Program-made: the position numbers and the translations under genes
In this document: in pieces, positions 63,581-64,000 of the stretch
Layout: each line of letters opens with the position of its first letter
Numbering within the stretch: position 1 is the stretch's first letter
The notes under the pieces: model-generated
What the model saw: only the letters and a program-made list of their open reading frames with translations
Database searches by the model: none
Told to the model about the DNA's origin: nothing
DNA from: Oopsacas minuta
Taxonomy: Eukaryota; Animalia; Porifera
Assembly: GCA_024704765.1 (NCBI GenBank)
Contig: JAKMXF010000099.1
Location: forward strand, 672,419 to 736,418
Reading direction: 5' to 3'
DNA length: 64,000 bases

Positions 63581-64000
63581 CACTAAGTGGACAAAAGTAT
63601 TTCAACACATATATTATCATAAATTGTATACTCTTTCCCGCTCCTATGTATTGTATAGTCTATATTCGTAGCTGCAATTTAGTAATTTACATAGAATAAC
63701 ATATGTTTCTCACGAATTTCAAAAAAATATTTTCGATTTGCACTTATTGAAGGTGTTAATTATTAATAATCATTAGATAATTATTGATATTCAAAACATG
63801 TGGTAATTCAAAGCCTATTAAGAATCTATAATTTCTGACTTGATATTTGAATTCTACGTAGGCAAGTTACCCCAGATTGAAATTTCCAATCGGATTGAAC
63901 AATTTTACCAAAGTTATAGAAGAATTTCAATTTGTCCCACTTGTGCCACTTTTTGCCCAAAGTGGCACAAGTGACCGCTACCAAGAGGTTATTTTGGAAT
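63581..64000. mobile_element. Second copy of the foldback MITE, opposite orientation, truncated by the window end
   Basis: TA-CACTAAGTGGACAAAAGTATT. Matches the reverse complement of the right arm of 60733-61645, including the asymmetric ACCAAGAGGTTATTTTGGAAT segment. Confidence 0.88.

Overview
AT-rich eukaryotic (animal) genomic DNA, not prokaryotic. The only host gene I can support is a receptor tyrosine kinase on the + strand. It is present as three intact, in-phase kinase-domain exons (9048-9235, 49840-49938, 61943-62184) separated by apparent introns of 40,604 bp and 12,004 bp; the gene extends beyond both ends of the window. Almost everything else is a nested stack of mostly decayed DNA transposons from many superfamilies: two Ginger (gypsy-integrase, TIR-bearing) elements, several hAT clades, mariner DD34D, Tc1 DD37E, maT DD37D, Merlin, P/THAP9-like, Transib (RAG1-core-like), Chapaev3-like, Harbinger-like and many MITEs. 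Retroelement sequence is limited to a gag-like remnant. Many boundaries are fixed by terminal inverted repeats (TIRs) and target-site duplications (TSDs). The most notable observations: (1) a Ginger transposase apparently fused to a USP/C19-like deubiquitinase domain, with a second, intron-containing Ginger carrying an OTU domain; (2) the kinase split by giant TE-filled introns; (3) a 1,631-bp apparently identical inverted duplication whose ends are not element ends; (4) a complete Transib with RSS-heptamer termini and a 5-bp TSD nested in a Tc1; (5) foldback MITEs flanking the catalytic kinase exon. All family assignments are from motif recognition by eye; no searches were run.
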